DNA from: Nageia nagi
Lineage: Eukaryota; Plantae; Pinophyta
Reading direction: 5' to 3'
Length of the DNA: 64,000 nucleotides
NCBI GenBank assembly: GCA_050084985.1
Contig: JBITNC010000001.1
Span: forward strand, 17,732,001 to 17,796,000
In this document: positions 49,611-61,950 of the stretch, piece after piece
How the letters are laid out: every line of letters starts with the position of its first letter
How positions within the stretch are numbered: position 1 is the stretch's first letter
The notes under the pieces: model-generated
Database searches by the model: none
Told to the model about the DNA's origin: nothing
The model's input: the letters and a program-made list of their open reading frames with translations, nothing else
Translations under genes and position numbers: made by a program

Positions 49611-52600
49611 TATTGTGCCCGCACAACACACCCCAAGATGCAGCATTTTGGGGACCCTATTTTTGAAAAGGCAATGAGATGCATTGCCTTGAGATTGACT
49701 TTTGGCGACGGATAGTTCATTCTAAAAGGTGTAAACATGATATTAGGGAGCGATTCAAGGAGATCATGCGACAAAGACCCTGAAGAGTATCAGAGTATCC
49801 AACTGTCAGTTTTGCAACCAAGGTGCTAGGATCTGAGAGCTACTTACAGAGTACGAATGTTGGCTCTAGAATGAGATCAACAGAGATGGGATCCTTTTGG
49901 ATCAGTTTTGAGCCCAAAAAAGGCAAGCATGGCCAGAAGGTGCATTTTTGTCAAGTTTGAGCCCAGAGAGCCAAAAAAAAGGTCGTTTTGGGTCAATTTT
50001 GAGCTCAAAAGTGGTCAGTATGGTAAAAATGTGCGTCTTTACACAATTTAAACCCGAAATGCTCGAAACGACCAAAAATGCAGAGTTGAGCTCAAAATGC
50101 TCGAAAATGGTCGAAATGCATGCTTTGAGCCCGAAAATGTCGGAAATGCACCATTTGGGCCCGTGAAAGATGGGAAAGGCCGGAAATGAACAGTATAGCT
50201 TGGAATGGATCAGGAAAGCAAGTTTGAGCACCCTTGGGTGGTAAAATCAAAAAATGAGCGTTTTGATGTTCGAGAAAGCAAGTTTGAGCGCCCTTGGGGT
50301 TAAAATCAAAAAATGAATGTTTTGGTGTCCGAGAAGCTTCGAGAAAGCCCGGAAAATGAGTTTTTTCAAAATACTCGAAATGAAAATCCAAGAGAGAGAG
50401 ATGTGTTTCCAAATGACAAATTAAGGCCACTTTGCTCTTGGAGATGTCAAAAAAACTCGAGTTTTGACCTCCGAAAATCTAGAGGCGATTTTTACAAGTT
50501 TTCCCTCACTTCACCAAATATCGAAAATGGCCTAAAATCTTCAAAACCTGCACCTACTTTTTGGCGGGCCCAGATTGAGCCAAAAGTGGAATTTTGAGCT
50601 TGGGAGAGTGGAGATTGCAATTCTACATCAAATTGGTCTTTCAAGTTCGCAATTTCGACAAGTTTTGCTCCATCAAAAGTGGAAAAAAAGGAAAATAAAT
50701 AAAAAGGACAAAAGGACAGCCAATAGGAATGCTTCAAGTTTTCCAAAATTTCAAAAAAAATGTCAAAATGAAAATCTAAGAAAAAGTTAGGGTGGCAAAT
50801 CAAAAATTAGGCATCTTTCCTCTTGGAATTTTCGAAATTGACCAAATTTTGCCCCTCCTAGAGTCACGCACTGGTTTTGGGTGTTTTCCCTCATTTTCTC
50901 AAATTTCTAAAACTCCCCAAAAGCCTCAAAACCTGCGCCTACCCTTCTTGCACCCTAAAATTGCAAAAAATTCAAAATTTTGATCTTCATGGGGTGTAGG
51001 ATGGGATTTCATACAAATTTGATTCTTTGAGTTTTCCAAAAAATGAGATCTACTTCCTCAAATCATCAAAAATTGATCAGCCAATGAGAGAGCTCCAAAA
51101 TTTTCCATAGTTGGTCAAATCAAAAAAGAAGACAGAGGTAGGGTAGCAAATCCCAATTGGAGCAATATTGCCTCTTGCAATTTTGCAAAAAAAAAAACAA
51201 ATTTTGCCCCCCCAAAAACCTAGGCGGCAGTTTTGGCTGATTTCCCTCAACTTCCCAAATTTCCAAGTTGGTCCAAATGTCCTAAAACCTGCACCAGGCT
51301 CAAGAGGGCTCAAAATTGCTTCAAAATCGAAATTTTTGGTCCAAGGAGCATGGGAAATCCAATTTTGAACAAGTTTCGTGTTTTAAGTTTTTGGAAAAAA
51401 GTGGATCTACTCCCTCAAAATCACAAAATTTGGATCAGCCAATGGGAGAGCTTGAAAATTTTTCAAATTTTCCAAAAGTGTCAAAATCAAAATTGGAAAG
51501 AAAGGTAGGGTGGCAAATCAAATTCTAAGCATCTTTGCCTTTTGCAAGATTGCAAAAAAACTCCAAATTTGCCTTCCAAGAAGTTAGGGGGGAGTTTTGA
51601 AAGTTTTGGGCCATTTCACCAAAGTTCCAAACTTGCCCAAAACCTTCAAAACCTGCGCCTAGCATCAAGGGGGCTTAAAAGTTGTCAAAAGTGGAATTTG
51701 TGAGCTTCATGGGATGCAAAATTCAATTCTACACCATATTGGTCTTCCAAATGCATGATTTGGACAAGAAAAACTCCTCCAATCATGGACTTGTCTTCTC
51801 AAAATGGAGAAAATCACAAAAAAAAAAAGAGAAAAGAAGAGAACTTCAAATCTTCAAAATTGTGACCCAAGATCCAAAATTTTAGAAATTATTTTTGATG
51901 ATTGATTTGGGTACCCATTTCCATTGAGGAGAAAAGTGATTTGGATCCAAAAAGGTGAAGAAAAACACAAAAAATCCTTTAGGATCCAAGATCTAAAGGC
52001 TGAAAATCTTCATTTTTTCAGAAAAAAATGAAATTTGGAGATCATATGTGGAATAAGGATTCAAACACTTTGGCTTTTGAAATTTTTGAAAAACAAGGAA
52101 AATCATGCCCAAAAAGCCTAGGCGCTCATTTTCCAAGTTTTCCCACCTTTGGCCTTTTCTTTTCAACATTGGGAATGAGTGGAAAACTCCAAAAATGCAA
52201 AAACACCTTATGGAGCCTCCAAAATGTGCCCTCATGAAAAACCCCCAAATCCAATGCAAAAAGGCTCCAAATCCTCTCAAAACTTCCCAAAAACCTTAAA
52301 ATCCCAACCTTCATCCATCCATGATGTCAAATCCACCTTTTAAAATTTTTTGAAATTTCAGACCCCCCATCTTTTCCAAAAAATAGACCAAAAATTCACT
52401 TTGTCGGAAAATTTTCTCAAAATTCATTCAAAATTTGCCAAAACAATCACATCAAGGGCAAATCCAGATTGAAGAAAGGAGCTCAAAAGACTGACGAACA
52501 AATCCACAATGGTGATTCGAAGCTCCAAATTGATGCAAAATGCCTCGAAATCCATGACAGAGGGCATCAATTTTTGTAAATATTTTATTTCAAGCATATT

Positions 52601-53734
52601 TTAGTGGATGAGTATTGTTCTCCCACTAAACAATATTGTAATCCCAATTTAGTATTTTAGTGTTTTTCTAGAAATTAGGGCAACACTTGAGAATTTGACC
52701 TAATTTTGCCTATAAATAAGAGGCATGGGGTTTCATTTTCACTAGAGCTCATTTTGTGAAAAAAAAAAAACTTTTGTAAAAGAGGAGCAAATTGATGTAT
52801 CCTTGCACAACTCTTTTATAAGCTAATACAAAGTGATTAAGGCAAAGATCGAGCTTGTTTATCCATTTGTGGTGTTGTGACTTGTTTCTTAAGGATTATC
52901 ATTGTTCGTTTGACACTTCCGCGTCCTTCATTTGAAAACTCGCAAGTTTTAGGGAATGTATCATTGCTTTATCCTTTAAAGTGTTGGAAATCAGTCTTTG
53001 ATAGTTGTTTGGTTCACACCATGCATGTAGATGAGGTATTCTGAATCTATTTCCTGTTTTATGACATCAAACTAGAGGTTTACATCCAAACTCTTGTTCT
53101 TCCCACATTCTTCCAACACGTCCATTTGGTTGCATCGATCCTGCTTGTAGAGTACCGATAATGGGCATTCCTCCTTACTCCTCTTTGGAACAACTCGAAC
53201 ATAGTTGTTTGTTCGCAAAGCTGGATGAATTGGATGAAATCCCTAAGTTGATCTGGAAATGATGAACTTTTTAGACAATGCTTCATCATGGTGACTTGTT
53301 TGGTATCTGACCAAGTATCCGTTTCTGTTTCACAAGTGTAGTCTCTCACTTTACAGTATTTTATTTATGCTTTCAAAACCAAATACAATCGTTAAGCCTA
53401 CACATAGATATATCGAATAAACTCTATACATCAAATAAAACATCATTGGTTAATAGGCTACATACCTCTCATTCCATTCCATTGAGGCTGATTCCAAAGA
53501 GAGATACTGCACTTTTTTTATCTATCCCTAAACCAAGAACACGATTGGCAAGCATACCTTGAACGTCATAACGTTGGGTTGCTGAGTAAGCTGTTTTGAC
53601 AAGAGCCTTGGAGGTACACAGTCCTTTTCAAACAAGGGAATTGGTAACGCATTCCCAACTATGTTGCTTGGGATCTCCTAAGTTCCATGCACGATATTCA
53701 GAGTGTCCATGCGGGAAAGAAAAGCATCCCAACA
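49611..53734 (+). mobile_element. Solo LTR copy A3 (4.1 kb), opposite orientation
   Basis: TATTGTGCCCGCACAACA...CCCAACA termini with TSD GATTC/GGTTC. TATA at 52711-52720. Internal array has a ~360-bp period (anchors ~50545, 50930, 51285, 51650). Confidence 0.87.
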
Positions 53735-54157
53735 GGTTCCAATCAAACCCTCTATAGAACAAGTAGACCAAAATGTCATGCATGCACTTGACAAATCCAA
53801 ATGTAAAAAGACTTCGGGCATTACAAAACCCTAGCATTTACCCATATCAAACAATAAGTTACTGCTCAAATCCATACATATACCTAGGGAATAGTGTATG
53901 GCCTAACTTGCATGAGGTCAGTAATTATGCAATTCTTCATTTATTGTTTATCATTTTGTTATAGCAAGAATTTTCAAGTTAACTTGAATACCAATTTGGA
54001 TTGTTGAAGAACGCAATGCAGCATTGCTATTGGTTTAAATTGTATACTATGTTTTTTTGAACACTTGTACAAGTTCGCACATTAATACAAAACTTTCGGA
54101 TTTGTGCAAGCAAATTCACTACTAATCTCATTAAAATTTAGGTTTATTCATTTATGA

Positions 54158-54513
54158 AATATTAAAATTATTCAGTTAATTCTTGAGAAGTTATAGCAAC
54201 CATGCAACTACTCTAGGTCCTGGAGGATTTGTCAAATTCAACATCATGTTATGTTGTATATGGGAAAATAATGCAATGAGATAATGAATGGCCAACTTGT
54301 ACTACGTAACTCTAGGAAGGTTTACTGCTCATGATAATATTAAAATTATTCAGTTACTTCTTGAGAACCTATAGCAATCATGCAACTGCTCTAGGTCCTA
54401 GAGGATTTGTCAAATTCAACATCATCTTATGTTGTATATGGGAACATAATGCAATGAGATAATGAATGGCCAACTTGTACTACATATCTCTAGGAAGGTT
54501 TATAGCTCATGAT
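54158..54513. repeat. ~178-bp tandem duplication
   Basis: Unit starts AATATTAAAATTATTCAG at 54158 and 54336, with high similarity throughout. Confidence 0.88.
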
Positions 54514-54899
54514 ATGATTATTTGGTTGACATTTAAATGCAAGGGAGAATCATTGTAATACCATCATAAGTGATGAGTGGAGTGATTCCTTTCTTATGGA
54601 ATATGTTATGGCATTTAGGGGTTCCCAAATATTCGATGTGCATTTCTTGAGTTCTTGAGAAAAGATGTAGAAAACATTTTTATATAAATGGACATAAGAG
54701 GACAAAAAGGGTTGACTTTCAATAAAGAAATTTCAGTATTCAAAGCGTAAACCATGCATTTGTCAATTTAAGACTCCCTATGTTTGCATTAGACCCAAAC
54801 CATATTTATGTAACATAATTGGTCTGAATTGAATTTGTCAGGTTCATTATCTCATAGTCTTTCAACTAGATGTGAAAGATCTCAATTACACCTCTTGGT

Positions 54900-55220
54900 T
54901 TCAAGTTATAAGTTCCAAACTAAAGAGAAACTCTAGATATGGCACGTCTAGACCTTGATCCACCAAAACTTGAAGAATTAAGTGCACAACCCATGAAGTT
55001 TAGGGGGGATACTATAAACAATAAAATAAATTGACATCATCCACTCTTATCTCAACATTGACCCCATGCATATCACAAACATTGCCCCATTCTATATGTC
55101 CTTGGGTCACTAGAAAAGCCTTGACCGAAACCATCCATGAATGAAATTTGACCTCCCAAAATCTTAATGACACAAAATATTGCAGGCTTGTGAAAACATC
55201 ATAATGGGAAAACACCATTC
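54900..55220 (-). mobile_element. Highly decayed Copia gag N-terminus remnant
   Basis: RFWEVKFHSWMVSVKAFLVTQG resembles the Copia gag pattern FxGxNFxxWxxxMxAxLxxxG. Confidence 0.4.
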
Positions 55221-56866
55221 AAAGAGTACTTGATGAGTGAGAAACAAGTGTGATGTTTATTTCAATGACCTAGACATTCACCATTAGCCTCTCCAATTCG
55301 TGAGTGGCATTCAGGTCACAAAATCAACCCAAATTGAATGCATGTAGTACCAACACAATCTGTGTCTTATAAAAAAATCACCATGATCCATTAGGGATCA
55401 GACAGAAATTCTTGTGTAGTTGAATATAGCCATAAGATCCAAGTCCAAGACCATAGACTTTTCTAATTAAAGTGACCCACCACCATAGTGGCTTTTAACT
55501 TTTCTTTCTAATTTTTGGTCTCATCTCATCATGTCAACCTCCTTGTTATTCTATTTCTCTCTTCAAAAATTGGATATACATTCATGATTTTGGTTTTCCA
55601 ATTATTTGTTCATTACACCTTTCATTTTTACATCTGAAAATGGATCTTTCACCTTCCAATTCCATTGATCAATCTTTCCTATCTTCTTATAAGCCTTTGG
55701 TGACACCCATCACTTAGAAATTCCCACAAATTATTACAAAACCTTCACAGAAAACTAGCAATTAGTAATTTTCAAAGCCTCGGAAAGCAAACTCCTTGCT
55801 TGTGATTGTAACAATGGCAAAGATTTTAAATGTAATAATATTTTCAATTAACATCATATGACAAATACTACTTCTAACACCTTATTCAATATTACATATA
55901 CTTCTAGTATAACACCTTTGATGGCAGGCACTTAGAAAATAACTCATCACCTCAAATAAAAACTCAACACACCATCTTAATAGCAAATCACTAACTTAAA
56001 AATTACAAGAATGAATATTAAACAAGTTCAAGTTTGTTTATATTCAACACCTTTCCGCAAAACAAATTAAAAATAAAATGGAGTAACAAATACTTTCCTC
56101 TGCACATATCACCTTTTTCTACGTTTCATCCACAGTAACTCTTGTGTATGCCCTGGTTGAATTTCATTGAGAAGCCTAAAAATGGTGTAGACCTCTCACT
56201 GTACTGTACAATATCATAATAAAAAGTTTGTTATGTTTCCTATTGTCTGGTTTTTGTTCTTGTATTGTACTATTCTAATAATCAGAAACCAGCTAACTGA
56301 TGGCTTCTTCATGCAATCTCCAAAGCTTAACAAGATGAACAAAAATTAAGAGTACCTATGTTCTCCATGACAAAACAATAATCATGGCATAAGAGGGATC
56401 AGTCACATAATATCTAAAAGGCCATCCTAGAACTTTGTTTAAGGTTTGATGATGATTAATGCAAAATATTTAATTTTCATCAAAAAAATTTAAGAGGAAA
56501 GGATGTCAATTAAAGAGCTTTTTGTGATCATTGATAAATCAAAGTGGTGAAAATATCTTAAACAAGATGTCTAGTGTGGATGACATTGCGCTCTTTAATG
56601 GAATTGCAAGATGCTCCTTTTTCCAAGCTCATCTGCAGCTCCAAATAATGCAATTCAACATAGGAATTCCAAGCGTGCACAACAAATGATTTGTGAATAC
56701 ACAAATTTCTGAAAGAAAACTGTAGTTGGAGATGGGGACAATGCATGTCATAATACGCATTTACATTCATGTTCAATATCAATTATTCAATCACCAGAAA
56801 CCTCTACAAGCATACTTGTCAATACTGTAATCCCAGTATCATAGTAAGGTTCATGTTTTTTATTAC

Positions 56867-58201
56867 TATAGTTGAGAAACTCTCCCTGAGTTCCAAGTAC
56901 TCTTCAAGTCCGAGTCCCGAGTCGAGTTTGTTGAGGTGAGCCAACTCTAACTCCTGAGTTGGGTTTTATTAATTTTTTAAATAATAAAAGAATCTAAATT
57001 TTAATTACACATGGATCAAAACAATCACCAGCTTGCATAACCAACTCAGAATCATCATATCTCACAAGCAAAAAGGCGAGCAGCACAAACTCATAAAGAC
57101 TTGTGATGTCACACAAACATGCAAGCCTCCTATTTCCTTCACAGCTACCATGAACGGCAGCACTCTTTCTCCTTTCGATTCTTTGCAACTCATCATCCTC
57201 GTCTTTGTAATGGATCTCAATTCACCAGTTGAATACCTCAACGATGCAAAGGTAAGGATTTGGCTAAAAAGAGGGGATCTCTCAGAATTCATGGACCATT
57301 GTTCTGGGGCATTGCCCATGGTGGCTTGTGCAGTCTCCAAGTGCTGGAAAGGATGGGTTCAAGTGGAGAAAACAAAATTTGGGATATCCATGGAAACAAT
57401 TGCAAAGAAAACAAGGTTAAGTTTGTTGGGGCATTGCCACATGAAACACCATAAGGTAAGAAAAACAAGATGTGGATGCCTTTAGAGTCACAAAAGATGA
57501 GAAATACACTGTATTCCGCAATGGTTGGAAGTGGGACTCCATTCCCTGGCCTTAGAATCAAATTGCCAAAGCAATCATGCAGTACATCACCATAGAAGGT
57601 AGATACTCCACTATGTTTGGCTAACATGTCATCGTGATTGAAAGCTTTGTTGCATTAGTTCAGTCTGGCAAGGAAAGCGCCCGTTTCCACCAGGGTCTTA
57701 TTACCTTGCTCTACTGCGTTGCTATTAGCTCAATGCCTATTGTGAATCCTCCAACCCTCCTGCAGAAAGAACCTTCTCCAAACCCTCCTCCCCACCACCT
57801 CCCCTACCCCATCAAATCCAAATACAGACTCACCTTTGACAATCTCCCCATTAAGTTACAAGACAAGGTCCATAAAATCACACTCGGCAAGAGAAACCAC
57901 AACTCAAAGCACAGTCTGAAACATAGCTCAAAGAAGAGAAAGCATCACAAGAGCAAGCATCTTGAAATCACAACTATCAATGAAGAAGAAGCCACAGTGC
58001 ATGATGATCAACTGCAGGACCTCTTGGCAACCAGTTTCAGAGTTGGAAACACTTCTGCCTGATCCGTTCTGTCTTTTTTGTTTTCTGTAGCTATTCTTTG
58101 TTTTGATATGTTGCACCTAGATGCTACATGGGTACTACACTGGTAGTTCCACATATTTTGAATCTATGTAAAAGCAGGTTTTGGGACCCTGTATATTAAA
58201 T

Positions 58202-58236
<35 letters not shown>

Positions 58237-58318
58237 CAAGTCTAGCCGAGTTTTTTTTCCAAAAGTCCCGAGTTCGAGCCCTGAGGGAACCTCGCTAAGT
58301 CTGAGTTTCTCAATTATG
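56867..58318. mobile_element. hAT-like MITE carrying an internal ~1.2 kb retro-insert
   Basis: TIRs TATAGTTGAGAAACTC / GAGTTTCTCAATTATG, with CCGAGT subterminal repeats at both ends. Confidence 0.7.
57000..58232 (+). mobile_element. Putative LINE 3' end with a disrupted accessory (PMD/Transposase_32-like) ORF and (TA)n tail
   Basis: WLKRGDLSEFM...ISMETIAKKTRLSLLG, then GWKWDSIPWP*NQIAKAIMQYITIEGRY and HQGLITLLY, followed by a P-rich and basic tail. Ends in ~14 TA repeats. Confidence 0.5.
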
Positions 58319-59816
58319 TGTTTTTCTGAATTGCATTTGTTCCTATATTATCTAAGGCTTATGTTGTGACTTGTACTGCAATATGCTAGAGCCTGATAAT
58401 TGTGAGAAAGTGGGGCCACTAATAGTTGGAAAGCTATTAGGATCCTTATTAAAATTACGTAAAGTACATGTAATCCCAGAATTATTCTTCAACATAACAC
58501 CTCTGGAGGCATATTCATTCCTCTAAGGTGGCTTAAGCCTGATACTAAATTCAAAGTGCAAAACAAGGCAATGGAAACAGAGATGCACCTGGCTTATCTC
58601 TAGTACTAAGTTCAAAGTTCAAGGAAAGGACGTAGTAATAGAGAGGGGCCTCTAAAGGAGTAGCACCTCCATTCTTTGCATAGATAATGTCAAATATTTC
58701 AAATATAAAAAATTAAAATAAAGTTTCTTCATGAAATATAGGACAGAACAGAAAGCAAATCAGATGATTCTTAACTAGGTTCAAGAAGTGATAAGAAATG
58801 GTAACCACTCTCAATAATAGTGTAACTGTACATGAAAGCTGATAATATAACTTGAAATTGTTCAACCCAAGCAGCAAAAGATCACATATCTCTCCAGTTA
58901 ACTATTTCGTTGCACATGAGAATAACATCATACTATGATACAATGTGCACATTGTGCTCTTCCTCCATTGTAACACCACCAAACTTCTCCTCCAAAACAA
59001 TAAGTACAATACAACTTACAATGGAATTCCCAACCATTGCAAATATGCTACTTGTACGCCACAAGCTACTGATTGCTTGGGAATAACATTCTGTTTCCAA
59101 CTAAACTATATTAACTGCTTGCAGGGTCAGGGCCAATTCAAGAAGCAGATTACAAAAAATACTCATTAAAGTATGTTCAGTGCTATTAAAGTATATCGTT
59201 ACAATAAGCCTTCCCTAAGTTTGGACTAAATCATCCTTAAGTGGGAAGGGTGTTGTAAGCTAATGTAACAACACTAATGTTGAAATTACTTAGTTTGCTT
59301 TTATTAACTTACAGTAAGAGTTAAATTACAGTAACTAGATGCAAAATCTTTTGAAATAAATGAAAATAGCAAAAATCTGTTGTACTTTCTTTATATTCCA
59401 TGCATCACATCAATCTCTTTCTAAGGCAATTTTGATCAACAAACTCAAAACATTTGGCATTAACTAGCTATTTGATTTCAATATAGCCAGAATTTGTAAG
59501 GGGAAAAAAATTGACATGCTGCAGGAATTGCACCAAAACGTGGAATGTAAGTAAATCACATATAAATAATAAAATTACAGGGGAAAAATGTCAAGAACTT
59601 TAAAAAAAAAAAAACAAGAATAAGAGCAAAAGGGAAAACATCAGTTAAAAGTATGTTTGCATGTAACTGTATTTTCAACCTAGTGTTTTCGATCTGCTTC
59701 GAATGCTAAAATATATGTAAGAAACTGAGATTTTGCAATTTCAATACACTAAGCAGGAGTCGAAACAACACTGGTATATGAACTTAAAGGCTATTTTTTC
59801 CTTCTCAGAGCCACAC

Positions 59817-59850
59817 CTGTCTGAGAATTGGGCGTCGCATCCTTCTCCAT
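59817..59850 (-). CDS. ACH2: Acyl-CoA thioesterase II with N-terminal cNMP-binding domain (ACH2-like), coding exon 1 (MEKDATPNSQT+G)
   Basis: ATG at 59850 in a CpG-rich patch below a TATA-like tract. GT donor at 59816. The phase-1 end joins exon 2 in frame (G+TG = Val, matching the V of 'VVEFLG' in ACH2). Confidence 0.75.
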
Positions 59851-59990
59851 GTTAACTACGAAAATCGAACGCGAGATCTCCTGGCAAGAAAAAAAGACAT
59901 AAATGCCAGAGGCAGCGTAGCGTGACACTAGGGAAGGGGACCCAATGAGTGACGGTCGCTGTCGTATATATATATTTATCCATAGAACAT
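59851..59990 (-). promoter_or_regulatory. Core promoter and 5' UTR of the ACH2-like gene
   Basis: TATA-like (TA)n tract at ~59965-59977 and a CCAAT at ~59942. Locally CpG-rich sequence in an otherwise CpG-depleted window, directly upstream of exon 1. Confidence 0.55.
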
Positions 59991-60864
59991 ATTCGATGTA
60001 GTAGTTGTGCATTGAATTATTAACTCTTGTGCATTAAAATATCATTTTTCATAAATTTTTGGGTTAAAAAGTAAATTAAAAGTAATTATTTTAAATATAT
60101 CATTAATAAGTGAGAAGATTTAGTAGTAATGTATCTTAATTTTTATGTTTCTTAAAATTTTATTTAATAAAGTTGAATCGTTCTAAATTTTTATAGTTTC
60201 ATCTTCATTTAATAATTTGTTTATAATTAAAGTTTTGAGTTATCATCATTAAATTTGATAATTAAATATGTGGTTTAACGTTCAACTACTGGTGCAAGTG
60301 TAATTAAAGATGGGCGGTTGTAATTGACATCTATGGGTATGACTTTAGAAAAATATTATTTTTGATAGTTTCTGTAACGAAAAGTAATTAACCTATCAAA
60401 TTTGGTGATGATGATTCGAAACCTTAGTTATAAGCAAACAATTAAACGAGGAAGAAGCTATAAAAAATTTAGAACGATTCAATTTTTTTGAAGTCAAGTT
60501 TTAAGAGGCATAAAGTTAGGGTACACCATTATTGGGTCCTCTCCCTTATGAAATTGAAAAAGCAATGGTGTGATGGTTTCCCTATAATATATGGAAGTCC
60601 ATGATGAAGGTCCCATAGGTGCTCCTATCCGTTTCAATTTAAAATTATAATAACATTATATTTACTTGGATGAGGATGGGGGATTGACTCCTAGTCATCA
60701 TCCTAGTATAAGATCAAGAAATTCAATTAAAAATAAGTTGTGATCAAATTATTTTTGGATGAACAGTCCTTATTTACATCAATGGTTGAGTGAGTGGTCT
60801 TCTCAGAGGATCAATTGATACATTGAGTAATCTCCTTTCAACCATGATTACCATGATTTTGAAG

Positions 60865-61235
60865 TTATTTATTTTTTTATTATGAGGTCAGCCACTACTT
60901 ACACTCATTGGGGATTGAATAGGTCCATCACCTAGGATTAACGCATAGGGTTTAGCATTCCCATCCCAAGCATGACTCCTCTTAAGATAGAGAGCTATAC
61001 TTGTCTCTAGATTATGGATCATTGGCTCAACACACATACACTCCTACAAAGAATTGAACCTGATACCTAGTTGTAGCAATGCATCAAGCCCAATGACTAA
61101 GGTATCCCCTTGGGGATTATACTTATCTTCGGATAGTTAGTCATTGTCCCAACATATATCTATCCAAAGATTTGAACCTTGGATCTCCCTACAAAACCAA
61201 AGCTTAAAGCTTGAATCACTTGAACTATGGAGTAT
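60865..61235 (-). mobile_element. Putative dimeric tRNA-derived SINE
   Basis: Two A-box/B-box pairs on the minus strand: TAGTTCAAGTGA ~61216-61227 with GGTTCAAATC 61169-61178, and TAGTCATTGG ~61090-61099 with GGTTCAATTC 61051-61060. A-rich tail at 60865-60883. Confidence 0.55.
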
Positions 61236-61529
61236 AATTAAAATTTAATTATAACAATTTAATAAATTAAAATTATGGTTAAATATTAACATGAATAATA
61301 TTAGAATTAAATGATGGTAAAATTTGTTATTTGAGTGGTAAAAGTTGGATATTATTTTGTTATATTATGTATTTGAATTTTTGTAAAATATTTGATTTAA
61401 AATGTAGGAATAATTTATTTAAAATGGTAGTGTGGATCATATTTATACAAATGTACAAATGATGTACTTATATTTTTGTCTATTTGCAATTTTATTATTT
61501 CTGCTTCACTCATCTAAGCCTCTTTGGAG

Positions 61530-61950
61530 GGATACCATCAAGAAAAATAAATTATGAGGATCCTTTTCAAGATATCCAAAGATTAAAGCATAAGATGTCA
61601 ATATTAATGTTGTAATATCGATGTTTCTTAATGTATGATAGAAGCTCTTAGTTGAATAAGATTCATACATAGCAAGTAGTCATGGAATGCAAGATATTAC
61701 ATGTGAATTGTTAATTTTTCTAACTCATTTGCTAAGCTTTCATCAAAGTTGTGTTTCAAAGATAGCATCAAGAAAAATAAATTATGACAAACCATCTTAA
61801 GATTTTCAAAGATAAAAGGATAGGATGTTAATCTTAATATTGTTATATATGATGTTTCTCAATGCATGGTGGAAGTTCTTGATTGAATAAGATTCATACA
61901 CAAGTAGTTATGAAGTGCAATATATAACACATCAATTGTTATTTTTTGCT
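61530..61950. repeat. Diverged ~230-bp tandem duplication in AT-rich upstream DNA
   Basis: CATCAAGAAAAATAAATTATGA and GAATAAGATTCATACA each occur twice, ~230 bp apart. Confidence 0.7.

Noticed and set aside
49900-52320. Many overlapping K/F/Q-rich short ORFs
   Set aside because: They arise from the LTR tandem repeats and show no protein motifs.
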